DNA of 57,142 nt from Batkoa obscura (lineage: Eukaryota), in assembly GCA_030770535.1 (NCBI GenBank), contig JASVEC010000103.1:1-57142 (forward strand). Direction: 5' to 3'. The notes below the pieces were generated by a model. That model saw nothing but the letters and a program-made list of their open reading frames with translations. It did no database searches and was not told where the DNA came from. The translations under genes were made by a program, and so were the position numbers. Of this stretch, positions 25,290 through 40,100 are shown in pieces; position 1 is the stretch's first letter; every line of letters begins with the position of its first letter.

Positions 25290-27730
25290 ATATGAATCAA
25301 CATCTACATTAATTCATTGTCTTTTTTACCTAATTTAAACTCTAACTCTTTTTAAGCCTCAGAAAAAAATCTGAAAAATTTTCTCCTCCATTTAAATGAG
25401 CTATAACTTCAAATAGATATTCTTGATCCACAAGGAACTGTTGACCTTTTTTAGGATAGTACATTTCTTGTGTATCCTTATATACTAAAAAAATAAAAAA
25501 AGCCATTAAAGCCTTCTTCATCGTATCTTTTGGCCCTTGAAATTCGAACTAAGTATCAAAAATTTAAGGTCTAATCAATTCAAATAGCAATTTATTTGTC
25601 TGATTTTTGGGCTTCTTGACGACGAAACTCATAATAGGAAGAAATTTGTATAGGACAGATGGCCTCGGAAAGACCAATCGAAGTATCACTGACTTGAGAT
25701 GAAAGTATCGTCGCTATTTTTGGATCCCTTTTGAACTTATTCAAAATTTTCATATTTCTACTTGTTTTATGTCATCATAAATAAAGTACATTTTTAGAGC
25801 TTTAGTATAAACCTTAAAGTGATTTAAATTTTAGTTAAGATTAGTTGGATATAAACTATTTTTATTATTCATGCATTATCACAAAATATTATTATTTTAT
25901 CTCCTCGCTTTTTATAATAGTCAACTAAAAGTTGGCATATTCGAGATTTATTACAGTTCATAATAAAAAATAAGTTGAATTTTCTAAATAACTAATCAGA
26001 ATTATCATTAAGCTCAACAGTTGATTATCTAGGTTTTCCATCAAGATAAGCTTTATAAAACTTTGATTCTATTAGACATTATATTTCGGATCACTATGTA
26101 AATTGGTATAAAGAAGCTATATTGGTTGCAAGTATATCTTATATCTGAACTGGAGCGATATAACGTTTTTCAGATAAATCCACCCAATTAGCTTCATATA
26201 GTTTAGACTGAATTGATGTATATGAATTTTTAATTTTACCATTTCTTCGTACAAGGATTGCTAGTATTAAAAAGTCAAATAAATACTAGCTGAGTATTTC
26301 GGTGCCTGTGAGATCCAATTTAACGTGGGCTGAAATAATAATAGGAATCTTTCAAAACATACTGACAGGAACAATATGAGCTTCATCTAATAAAAGAAGC
26401 CTCCATCCACAACCTATTAATGTACCCATTACCCTTTTCGTATCATCAGATCTATTTGTTGTGTTGAGGATCATTGAATAAGTAGATATAATTATTCCAG
26501 CACCCATGGAGAAAGTTCCTATTTTTTCAACAGTAATGACAGTAATAGATTCTCCACTAATATTAGAGATTTAAGAAACTATTCCTTCAATCAAATTGCA
26601 GAGATTTTATTGGCTATTAGCTTACTGGATTAAAATTTGTTATTAACTATGATGTACGTAACACAAAGGCGCTCTTCTCCATTGTGGTTTCAGCTGCAAT
26701 ACCAGGCTTCACTAGCTCTGTATAGCAATACAATCATTCCGGAGCGTGTACATTTCTAAATGCATTAATAAATTTAGCAAATAAGAAATCATTTTGCCCA
26801 TTTTCAGACATTTTTGAGAGAGATTTTTATTGATGAGGCCGAATTGTTAGATCTGATTTTAAACTGATTTTAAGATCAGGATCAATTGTATCTTTACGAA
26901 AGTCATACTCTTGTAATAGCAAAAGAAGAACTTTGACATATCCGTTTTTAGTTTTCTTTGATAGAAATTTTATACCAATTGCTTTTTTATTAAAACTAGT
27001 TACTTTAACTTGAGCTTTTGGGATATTTATAAAATAAAGAGCGTTTTATTTCTTTTTTAATATATAAATGTACTCAAAGGAAATAGAAATATGTACTTTT
27101 AAAGTCATAATAAAGTAATGTTATATATTTTACTAAAACTAGTGTCACGATTTACATCTCTTTGTAACTAAGCCTCATTATTATTCACCTTAATAGTTGA
27201 ATTTTCATTAACCATATTTTCAGCATTTTGATAAGATTCTACATTGAAGTCACATAATAGTTGAATTATAGGATCTCTAATAAGCTTTCGTAATATTTCA
27301 AATAATTTGGTTCTAAATAATAGTCATTGTCCTTAAGTAACAACTTTACTTTCCCGTAAGATAAAGTGCAATCCTAGATTAATTCAACTAAAGAACTAGG
27401 TAGTAGATTCTAAAAATAGGTTCAATGACCTTTCTTTTCAACAATATAAAGATTATCTTGGAAAAAAGTTTTAGATTGGTTATAATTTCTTTACTTTCTA
27501 AGCCAAGAGAGACTGCAGCATGAAGTTAATAGCAGGCAATTTTATATCCTTGGACCATTCTAGATCTAATAATTTTAGCTCATAAACAAATAGACCTGTA
27601 TAAAAGCGTCTTATAATAGGCTCGCTAATTGTCAATAGAAACTCCTTCCCTTGTTCAGATATAGATGAAAAAGTTTCTAAAGTTATTTGATAATTTTTGG
27701 GGTCAATCCACATGGACTTAAACTTAGAAG
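25290..27730 (-). pseudogene. SSL2: Decayed TFIIH helicase XPB (SSL2/RAD25) duplicate
   Basis: Collinear fragments MWIDP..LETFS..FLLTISEP, SYGKVKLLL, QEYDFRKD..IRPHQ*KSLSKM, ISTYSM, LLDEAHIVP, KLYEANW, DTSI..IQISS..RRQEAQ, KDTQEMYY; multiple stops and a destroyed Walker A. Confidence 0.9.
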
Positions 27731-28701
27731 TTTTGTCGGAACAACCAGATGTGAAAGTATTTTATGCAATTCAATCATAATTAAGTTTAACTCCTCAGTT
27801 AAAGTACTAGGCTCGTCTCTTTTTAAGCCAACTTTTAAAATATCTAATAACCATTCGTTTTAGTATCTAGCATAATTATATATTTATTATATATACCAAT
27901 ATTAATTTTTCTAGGACTCACCTAATTTATATGAGGTATATTTTATTATTTTATACTGTATTTTGAACTCTCAAATTATTTCAAATAGTTATAAAAACTA
28001 ACTGATTTTATTTCTTGGGTTATTTTTATACTTTTTACTCCAATATAAAGAACTTACCATATGATAAGCGCAGTTGATAAAAGATTTATAATATATTAAT
28101 TGAATAATAATAAACCAACATATAAAATTAAAGGTAAAATACTATAGAAGATGAGACAAAGCCGAAAACAGAGTAAAAATTAAAAACTCTATCTTATGTG
28201 TTTTATTCAATATAGAATATTAATTTAAAAAATAAGTAAAATTTATTTTAAGCTTAATTTATTTATCAAGGGAAATACAGTTATATTTGGCAGCATTTGC
28301 GTTAATGAAATTTTTTACCTTTCATGCAATTCAAGTTGAAATAAAAGACTATAATACAATTAACCTAAATTAGTTATTAAAATAATCTTGTGCAAAAGTG
28401 ACTTTTATTTAATATTAAATTGTAAAAAAAGGTTCCCAAATAAAGCAAGTATTCATAAGCATAATCCTGCATTTTTTTTCTTTTTACAAGCTTAAAATTA
28501 AAAATTGTTAGTAAGATATTGAGACAAAAAAAATATTCAAAGGCTTAGCCATTTTAGCCTCTGTTTAGTTTTTAATAAACAAGACCACATTCATATGCAA
28601 CTAAAAGAAAACATTTTAATTTTTTTCTTTTTTAAAATTTAAATTTAAATACAATTATAAACGATAAAAAATTAAAGGGGAGATAGAAAAAAGATATAAT
28701 T

Positions 28702-30436
28702 ATGGAACCAAAAACGAAGACAAAGGCAAGAAGTAGGGTAGAAGCATCAAAATTAAAATTAGATAATGTTGATCACTTATTAAACAATATAATAAAACAT
28801 CTAGACGCTCACCCAAACTTGGAATTTAAACAAAAAGCATTTGGTAAATATTTGAATATTTAAAGCTATAAATTAATTGTTTTTAGAATACTTAAAATGG
28901 GTCAAAAAAACACTTAACATCATAGTTAAAGAAAAGGATTGTAATAACAATAAACAGGTCACCAAAGAAGTTTCTCAATATAAAGCTATGTTGGTTGGAA
29001 ACTTTGAAGTTGATATCACTTTATCACCCTCAACAAATAATATAGATTTAATAGGAGGAAGTCAAACTTATAGTCAGTTTTTAGAATATGGCTCCGTCTT
29101 TCTAGGAAAGGTTATGGATCCATACAAATTATGGTTGGATAAACTTGATTTAAAGGCAATTTTAATAAAAAAAGAACCTAGTATTTTATCTTATACATTG
29201 ATTCTACTTCTTGCTCACTTTACCCTTCCACGTGACAGCGTAGCTTATAATCAAATTTACAAGAAGGCTTTACAGGGAATAAAAGCAACCTTATCTCAAT
29301 CTTATTCTAATCCATGCTACAATCATGTGGTAGCTTTGCGATTACTAAGCCTAGTTAATTTTTTTCATTCTAATTTTAGTCTTGCCAGACGTTATATTTC
29401 GGATGCTGTAAGGATGGCTCAATGTTTAGGATATGATATTAATGACTCTTCATTTGATGCATATGGTGTTACAGATATAAGGTACAATGAGTTATCTCGA
29501 GGTAGAAAGGTTTGGAAAATGCTTTACTTTACCTACCTAATTCTTTCATTTTACATTTCAGATATGCCCTTTGTCAGATTTGAAGTAAAAGATCCCCTAC
29601 ATTTTTTTAGAGAGAATCAAAGTATATACAATAATAGAGAAAAAACAGATTACAAGGTTGCTAACGAAGATTCATATAAACATATAAAAAATTTCATTGA
29701 AGTAGTTTTAAAAATATTTACTCATGTACAAAAGGTAAAAGAAAATTATAATATTTCAAGCGATTGCTCTATAATGCCTTCCAATGAACTGCTTTTACCA
29801 CGAAGTGAATTTATAAGTTGCTCAACTATATTAACGAGTTTAATTCAGCATCTAAAGTTAGTAAAAGATGAATGTGAATACACTAAAGAAGAAATAGAGA
29901 TAAAGATAAATGATCATGAGTTTAATTTTTTAAGGTATCTTAAAGTATTAATACAATACACCGCTATTGTACTTTATTATCCATCTGTGATGGTTTATCC
30001 TCAGCCTATTAACTTTACGAAGCCAAAATTAAAGCTATTATTTAAGCATGCTAACCAAATCATTACATATTATTTAAATAGTAACTTAAGTGAAAATTCG
30101 GATTGTAAGATTTCTACTAAAGTGTATCAGTTTGGTTCTAAAGATGGATTTGATTCTGTCATCGACATGCCATTTCACTATCAGGCATATCATTCTTTTT
30201 TTGTCCTCATTAATTTATTACACCAAACATCAATTTTGCAATATGAAGATATAATAATGATCAATGAATCAAAAACAAAATGCGTGATGCTAGTCAAAGA
30301 ACTCTATAGAATCTCTAAATCTAGTAATACACATTCCAAAGATTGTGCTAATAGATTAAATCAGATTAAGCAATGTCTCCCTCGATTTCAGTTATCTATA
30401 AATTTGATACAAAAGATATCCATATACTTAAATTAA
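28702..30436 (+). CDS. Fungal TF middle-homology-like family member D (563 aa, no Zn2Cys6 domain)
   Basis: Exon 1 28702-28843, 43-nt intron 28844-28886, exon 2 28887-30436; DAVRMAQCLGYD, RGRKVWKML. Confidence 0.87.
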
Positions 30437-30921
30437 CTTTATTTAAATAAATTATGGATTTTTCTACATATCCATATCTCCAACCTCCTTATTTTACTTT
30501 TACTATCTAGTTTAATTTAAACTCAAAACTTAACTATTTCTCAGTTTTAGTATACTGAAAAATCACTTGTTACACCTGATGTCTTAAATAACCTTATAAA
30601 ATAGTTTCTTTGCTCTAGTATTTGACTAAAACTTTGACTTTATGCATACAAAAACAGATAATTAATAAAAAATAATATTTTTGTATGAACTTTGTAATCG
30701 ATTTAAATTTAATTGGAACTTTTATCCTGGATTCTAATTAACTTAAGTTTACCAAAAGTAAAAATTAAAATTTTAAATACTTTTAGTTGTTACTTTATTT
30801 GGCAAGTGGGTTAATTCATTGATTTGGCATTAACAAAATTGACAATTTCATCTTTGTGAGTTCAAAATTAAATTAAATACGATCATAAATAGTAGAAACC
30901 TAAGGAATAAAAAAGAAAGCT

Positions 30922-32669
30922 ATGAAATCAAACTCAAAGACGAAGATAAGAAGTAGGGTAGATATATTTAAATTAAAGTTAGACAGAGTTGGTTCTTTAT
31001 TAAACAATGCATTTAATCAACTGGATTCTCATTCAAACTTAAAAGTCAAACAAATCACATATGGTAGTTATCTTTAACTCTTATAATGGCTAATTTATTT
31101 TTAGATTATTTAAAATGGGCTCAGAAGGAGCTTGAGGCTTTAAATAGAGACAGCAACTATACAGAAAATAATAAAATCTTCAAAAAAATTTCACAATTTG
31201 AGGCTATATTGGATAGGAACTCAAAGGTAAATGCTGCTTCATCCTTGTCAGTAGACGAAACAGTATATGGAAATATAGGATCAATGAAAGTAGATCAGAC
31301 TTATGGTGAATTTATAGAGAACGGTACTGTCTTTTTTAAAAAGGTTATGGACCCAAGCAAATTATGGGTTGAGGAATTAGATTTAAAAGGAATTCTAGCA
31401 AATAAGGAGCCTAATATTTTATCATATACTTTAATTGCACTCCTCTCTAGATTCACTCTTCCACGCAATAGTGTGAACTACCAACAAATTTATGGGAAAG
31501 CTTTGCAGGGGGTAAAAGCAACCTTGCCACAAGCTTATTCTAATCCAAGTTACAATCATGTGGTAGCCTTAGGATTATTATCTTTTATCGGTTTGTATCG
31601 CTTAAATTTCAGCTTTGCTAAGCGATATTTTTTGGATGCTGTAAGAATGGCCCAATGTCTAGGTTACAATATTAGTAATTCTTTATTTGATGAGATAGAT
31701 GCTACTGATGTAAGGTATAATGATTTATTAAAAGGTAGAAAGATTTGGAAAACCCTCTACCTTACATATTTAGTCCTTTCATCTTGTATTTCAAATATGC
31801 CCTTCATCAAATTTGAAGTAAAAGATCCCTTGCACCACTTTAAACAGAACCAAAACAACTACAATGCCAATAAAGTGTTGTGTTCAGAAATTTCAAAAGA
31901 GAGTCGATACCTATGTGTTAGAAATTTCATTGAAGTAAACATAAAAATAGCAACTCATATACAAAAGGTAAAAGAAAGTTATGAGACTAATAAAGATTAC
32001 TCTAAAATACCTCCCAATGATTTATTATTGCCGCAAAAAGAATTCATAAACTGCTTGACAATACTAATAAATTTAATTCAAGATCGAAAATTAGCAAAAG
32101 ATGAAAGTGAATATAGCAAAGGAGAACTAGATGAGAGAGTAGATGACGATGGGTTCAATTTTGAGAGATACATTAAAATCCTAATTCAACATACTATAGT
32201 TACGCTTTACTATCCATCTGTTATGGTTTATCCTCAACCTGTTCCTTTTACAAGCCCAGAATTAAAACTATTATTTAATCATGCTAATCAAGTCATCACA
32301 TTTTATTTAAACAAAGGTCTAGATAAAAAATTTGACCGCGAAACTTTTACTAGAATGTATCATATTAATCCCAAGCATAGATTCCAGGCCATCATAATAC
32401 CATTTTATTACCAAATATGCTATTGTTTTTTCGCACTTATTAATTTGTTACATCAACCGTCAGTTCTAGATCCTGAAGATATATATATGATTGATGAGTC
32501 TGAAACGAAATGTTTATTATTTGTCAAAGAACTTAGTATAATATCTAAATCTGGTAATGTAAAGCAGGCTAAAAATTCAATCAATGCTTTGAATCAGATC
32601 AAGTATTGTATCCATCAGTTTCAGCTGTCTGAAGATTTAACACAAAAGATACACGCATACTTAAATTAA
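30922..32669 (+). CDS. Fungal TF middle-homology-like family member E (568 aa, no Zn2Cys6 domain)
   Basis: Exon 1 30922-31063, 41-nt intron 31064-31104 with GCTAAT branch-like site, exon 2 31105-32669. Confidence 0.87.
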
Positions 32670-33178
32670 TCTTTAACAACCTTAAAATGAACCTTGTATG
32701 TTTCTTTTATTTAACGTTTATTGCCGTTTCTATAATAACGTAAGTTTTTTCATATGTTAAAAACAATTCTGAACCAATAGTAATCATTCTTTATTTTACT
32801 TCAAAAAGGGGGCTTCTTTTAGTCAATAATTGTAATAAATGGATTTTTGAGTTTTGTACTTAAATAATTTTTAATGAATATCAATTTATGTAAACAGTTG
32901 CCCATGATGAAATTAAATATTAGGCGAACGACGTATAGTTGGATTTATATAAAGTTGTTCTTATTATACCATTTTTTAACTTCCTTAATTGTCAAATGTA
33001 AACAATAAGTAGGTAGTATCGTTTTTCTAACTATAATAAATGACCAAACCATAAAAATAATGTAAAAAACAAATAAATTTATTAGAAGAGGAATTCGCCT
33101 GCATATTATACAATGTTAGAAGTAGCTCTGCTAAAACCAAACAGCATTTAATAGTAAATTATGTAAAATAGATGATAT

Positions 33179-33277
33179 GGGGATGTATTTTTGTGTTTAA
33201 GAATTTTATTAACAAATTTTCCGCCCAAATAGCGCTTAAAAAATGGAAAAAATAATGAAGTCAAAAAAAACACTCCC
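33179..33277 (-). mobile_element. MITE copy
   Basis: Near-consensus in reverse orientation; ATAT flanks. Confidence 0.9.
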
Positions 33278-33299
33278 ATATATATGAATCAAAAACAGG

Positions 33300-34900
33300 A
33301 AGAAGTGTTGGATACAAAGTATAAAATGAGAAGGAGGAAAAGTGGAGAATTGGTTATTCAAAAGGAGAAAGAACCTTTTTGAGAAGAAGTTGACCATGAT
33401 ATAACAATATTTAATACAATAATGAATTCCAGCGAATTTTCATCTAGTATATTTTCATTTATTGATAATAATCCAACTAGGGAACTAAAAGTGTCATCAC
33501 ATTAATAAATAGAATATACCTAAGTCAATTATTTAAGTGCTTTGTAAACATACATTGTAGTAGAATTGATCCCAAAGGCTATTGATTGGATGAATAGTCC
33601 TTGGCGGATAAAATAAAAAGTAGTGATAGGTTATTATTGAAGATAATATTATTACAAACATTAAATAAATCTATAAAATTTTCAGATAATGAGCTTACCA
33701 TACTATTAAACTATAAGTTGGATAATTTCAATCAACTATTGAATGATAATATGAATAACCCCTCTTTAGAAAATCTCACCCCTATTATGTTGTTTGCTGC
33801 AGAGTATTTTTATAGTCATCAAAGGTCAACTGCTTCAATATATGAGGATGTATCTTTGCATTTAAGAAGTTCATTAATAATTTTTCCGCTCAAATAGCGC
33901 TTAAAAGATGGAAAAAGTGAGGAGATCAAAAAGACATTTTTATATATTGGCTGCTCTGTTAAAATGTGATATAATCAATCAAAAATAGAAAGAAAAGTTA
34001 TGGGAAATTATATACTTGTTTTACGTATTTATCGAATCCAGCGACACAAATCTATTAAACTTAGATGTGACAAATACTTTAAACATGTAATTAAAAAAAC
34101 AATATATTTTCCTACTAAAACAAGAAACCCAGAGAATGATCTTGTAATTGTAGAGAATATTGAATTATTTTTAAATGGTTGTAAATTCAACTTAACATCA
34201 GAGTATAGTTCTAGATCCTTCTATTATGGATTTTCAATATGGATAGAGTTGGAAATATGTAAATATTTAAGTGAGTTTAACGGTAAGCTGGTAAAAAACA
34301 AAGTAATCAAATTGAACATATAACTATATACTATATTGAAAATAGTCATAGGATTAGGTCAACAAAAGATTGACCAAATTATTGATGCTACTTGAGACGA
34401 ATATAAAATATACTAATTGATTATGTAGTCGCAGATATATGAACTTAAAAGTTATTCAATGAATTTGATATCAAACTATTCATTAAACAATTATTCATAC
34501 TACATTTTAAATATATATAAATTGTCTTAACTAGATTCAATGTTAAGTTTTGCTTCCAAATATTATAAATTACCTTCTAAAGAATATTGCTATTAGATAT
34601 ATGATAACATCACAAACATATGGAAACTTATTGATTCTGCCATTAAATAAAAAATATTAAAAATATTTGCAATAATACTATAAACGATTTGAATGATTCT
34701 ATCTCACTACTTTGTCTTTTTATCGATTTATTAGCAATTAATTTATTGGAAAAATGATAGCAATGTTATGTATAGAGGTTTAATAAAGTACGTTAGATAT
34801 ACAAAATTGTCTTATAGTTCAAATTATGGTTTTCTAGATTCAAAACTTATCTTTGAGGAAATTTAATCTATTTTAAATGTTCTTACGCTTCCCAGGTCCT
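33300..34900 (+). pseudogene. Decayed member of the TF middle-homology-like superfamily (relic R4), interrupted by a MITE
   Basis: IDPKGY*LDE..NNPSLENL..ASIYIGCSVKM (after MITE removal)..NLTSEYSSRSFYY; includes ORFs 33601-33897 and 34000-34323; collinear with R1. Confidence 0.72.
33844..33941 (-). mobile_element. MITE copy inserted in relic R4
   Basis: Consensus match with ATAT flanks; removal restores the codon alignment to R1. Confidence 0.85.
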
Positions 34901-35632
34901 ATCATTTTTCTCCATAATTACATTTGTATTATTGTTTGTGTTGATTAATAAGCTTTTATTTACTGTATTTAGTGAGTATGTGGCATTCATAGTTTTTTAT
35001 TCTAACTGGCTCTAAGTGATAAGCTATAATATTAATTTTTTATTTTGATATCCTTCTACTATAAATGCGCTCCTATCTAATTTTTTTCATAAATCAACGC
35101 CTTGGCCATTATCAATACTAACATTCAATCTATAAATAACGTATAAAGTCAAGGTCAATCATCAATAGATATTGACTACCAAAAAGTATATTTTAATAAT
35201 GCAATTAATAAGAAGTGTCAAATCTTTTCATAAATATTAACACTTACAAAATATACAAAGCATTTATATTACAAATATAAACTTCATGATTAAAAAACAA
35301 AACGAAGGATTTTATGAACAACATAATCGAATTTGATATTAAATTTTGGAATATTAACTCCGTCTATTATTAGATATTCCAACTTTTTTGTAAATGAAAT
35401 TATCCTAAATTTTTCAATTGTACAATTTATGCAAGAAACTCTGTGCTAACAAGTACTCTTTGCACTTAACCACTTAATAACTTCATTTTTCAGAAACTTT
35501 ATTAGGACAGTCTAAATTTAAATCCTGACTTTAGTTCAAATATTCGAGCTGATTTGATTATTGAAGAATTAAAATTATTTTGATTAGATTTGAGCACTTG
35601 GAAAATTTTATTACACTTTTGTATCCATAAAG

Positions 35633-36765
<1,133 letters not shown>

Positions 36766-37128
36766 TTAAAAGTTTATCAAATATTAGTTTAAAGTAATTT
36801 GTATATAGCCAGCCACGTTATATTTTTTTTTGATTTTAACAGCATTTTATAAATAAATTCAAAAAGGGGTAAAATAGTCAAACGAAGAAAATCGTTCTTA
36901 TATCTACAATTTATCAGTACAGAGCTTGTTTTTAACCCACTAGTTTTTCTGAATCTATATTCTATAAAAGTATATAACATTGAACCAAAAAAGACTTTTT
37001 ATTAATATAAACTACTTTACAATAAAAAGATGATTTTTAACAAATTTTATTGCAATAAAAAGTTATAAATATTAAAATTATAATATATGAATATAGATTA
37101 AAAATAAGCTTGCTAGTAATTGAGCAAC

Positions 37129-40100
37129 CTATGCTAACACTTCTATTTTGTTTTGTATAGGATTACTAACGCTATTTGCTTCTAAGCTATTAAACTCTAA
37201 CTCAACTAATCCGCCTGAGACTGGAAGTTTAGTATTTCCTATAAGGTAGTGATCAATCTCACGTGCTGCTTGCCTACCTTCGTTTATACCCCAAACAATC
37301 AATGACTGTCCACGGCGACAATCTCCCGCTGCAAACACCCCTTTTACTGAAGTAGCATATTGATCTTTTGGAGTTGAAATATTTGATGCTTGAGTAGTAT
37401 CTAACCCTGCTTCTTTAACAACCTTACTTTCAGGTCCTAAGAAGCCCATTGCTAATAAAACTAGATCGGCTTCAAAGAATTTTTCTGATCTTTCAATCTC
37501 TTGCATCTTCCATCTTCCATTACTATCTTTCTCCCATTGTACTCTTACAGTATTAATTCCTTTAACATTACCATTTTCATCAGTAACAAATTCTTTGGAA
37601 AGTATACAGTATTCTCTTGGGTCTCTCGAGTATTGCTTTTGTACTTCTTCATGACCATAATCGACTTTGAATACCCTTGGGAACTGTGGCCATGGATTAT
37701 CGTTACCACGTTGTGCTGGTGGCTCTGGCAAAAGCTCAAAGTTCACGATAGACTTAGCTCCATGACGCACTGATGTACCAATACAATCGCAACCTGTATC
37801 TCCGCCACCAATAACGATTACATTCTTGTCTTTAGCTGAAATATAACTATCACTATCTTTAAACTGAGAGTTTAACAATGCAGAGGTATTTTTTTGTAAA
37901 AAGTCCATTGCAAAGTAGATACCATTAGATTGTCTATTTGGAATGTTTAAATCTCTTGGCCAAGTTGCTCCGGTTGCCATCAACACTGCGTCATTATTTC
38001 CTTGGAGTTCACCAAAAGAGACATGAGTACCAACCTCGGTATTAAGCACAAATTGAATTCCTTCTTCTTCGAGTAGATCCAACCTTCTCTGGACTATTTT
38101 TTTGTCCAACTTCATGTTGGGAATTCCGTACATCAAAAGTCCTCCTGCACGGTCATTACGGTCATACACTGTGACTAAGTGACCTGCTTTATTAAGTTGA
38201 TCTGCTGCTGCAAGTCCTGCTGGACCCGATCCAATAATTGCAACCTTTTTACCAGTACGAAATTTAGGTGCTTTAGCAACGATCCAATTCTCTTCAAATC
38301 CTTTGTCAATAATAGCACATTCAATACTCTTAATACTTACTGGGGATGAATTTATGCCTAATACGCATGCCCCTTCACAAGGAGCAGGACAAACTCTACC
38401 AGTAAATTCAGGGAAATTATTGGTCATCATAAGACGATCAAGAGCTTCTCTCCATTTGCCTTTGAATACTAGATCATTCCATTTAGGTATAATATTTCCA
38501 ATAGGGCAACCAGTATCGGACTGACAGAATGGTACACCACAGTCCATACATCTTGCAGATTGTACTTTAAGTTCACTTGGCTTAAGACGATGATTGACTT
38601 CATTCCAGTCTTTTAGGCGAGAATTGGGCTCACGGTAATGATCACCCCTTCTCTTATACTTAATAAATCCACGAACCTTATCAGCCAGTTTAAGCTTCTT
38701 TTCAATTAATTCCTCATCGGGTGTAACGTCTTCAATATCTCCAATAGCTTTATGTTGATGTAAATTTTTACTTCTGTTTTCTTCGAGTTTGGCATCCCCA
38801 TTAATGTGCCCATTAGTATGACCATTTACATGTCCATTAGTCTTTACTTGCTTAGCTTCCTCTTCTTTTTTCTTTAACGCTAACTTGTAATCAATCGGCA
38901 TAACTTTTATAAATTGGCTTAAATTAGCATCAAATGAATGATAAACTTCTTTTGCGATTTCAGAGCCTGTCTTGATATAATGCTGATAAATTAACTCTTT
39001 AAGCTCGCTGATATCTTGTTTATCCTCCACGCTTTCTAAATGGACCATTTCCTTATTGCAGTTTTCACTAAGTACTTTGTCTCTATTTAACACATATGCT
39101 ATTCCTCCACTCATACCTGCAGCAAAATTTCTTCCTACGTTTCCAAGGATGACTACCCTTCCTCCAGTCATGTATTCACAACCATGATCACCTACTCCTT
39201 CAATAACAGCAGTTGCTCCAGAATTTCTAACAGCAAAACGCTCAGCTGCAACACCACTAATAAATGCAGATCCAGAAGTGGCACCATATAAACACACATT
39301 TCCTACAATAATGTTTTCATTTGCCTTGAACTTTGAAGCCTTTGGTGGATAAATAGCAATAATACCACCTGAAAGACCTTTACCAACATAATCATTAGCA
39401 TCACCTTGAAGTTCCAATGTGACACCTGGTGCTAAAAAGGCTCCAAAACTTTGACCAGCGGACCCTTTTAAGAAGACGTGAACTGTACCATTTGGGAGGC
39501 CTTCCTCTCCATGTAGTTTAGATATTTGATAAGATAAAGTGGAACCGAGAGTACGATCAGTGTTAACTATCTCAGTATCAATAGTTATGGGTTCTTTATT
39601 GGTTATAGCCAATTCGGCTTCTGCAATTAACTTGTTATCTAATCGAGTATGAAGTTTGTGATCTTGTTTTCTAACACAGTATGTAGCTGCCCCAGGACGA
39701 AGCTTATAAGCAGGTACCAAAATTGAACTCAAATCTAAGCTTGCTGCTTTACGGTTTTCAAACGGTAGGTTTAGCTTTAATTTTTCGCATCTACCTACCA
39801 TCTCGTTTATAGTTCTAAGCCCTAATTTAGCCATGATTTCTCTAAGCTCTTCAGCAACATAGTAAAAGAAGTTAATAACATGCTCCGGTAATCCAGTAAA
39901 TTTAGCTCTAAGTTCAGGATCTTGAGTTGCTATTCCTACTGGGCAAGTATTAAGATGACATTTTCTCATCATAGTACATCCCATTGCGATCAAAGGCGTG
40001 GTTGCAAAACCCCATTCTTCAGCACCAAGTAAACATGCTAACGCTACATCTCTTCCTGTTTTAATTTGTCCATCAGTTTGAAGCACAACTCTACCACGAA

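Noticed and set aside
33560..33600. TGA read as Trp (alternative genetic code) in the relics
   Set aside because: The third copy has TAG at the same site, relics contain all three stops plus frameshifts, and intact genes use TGG and can end in TGA
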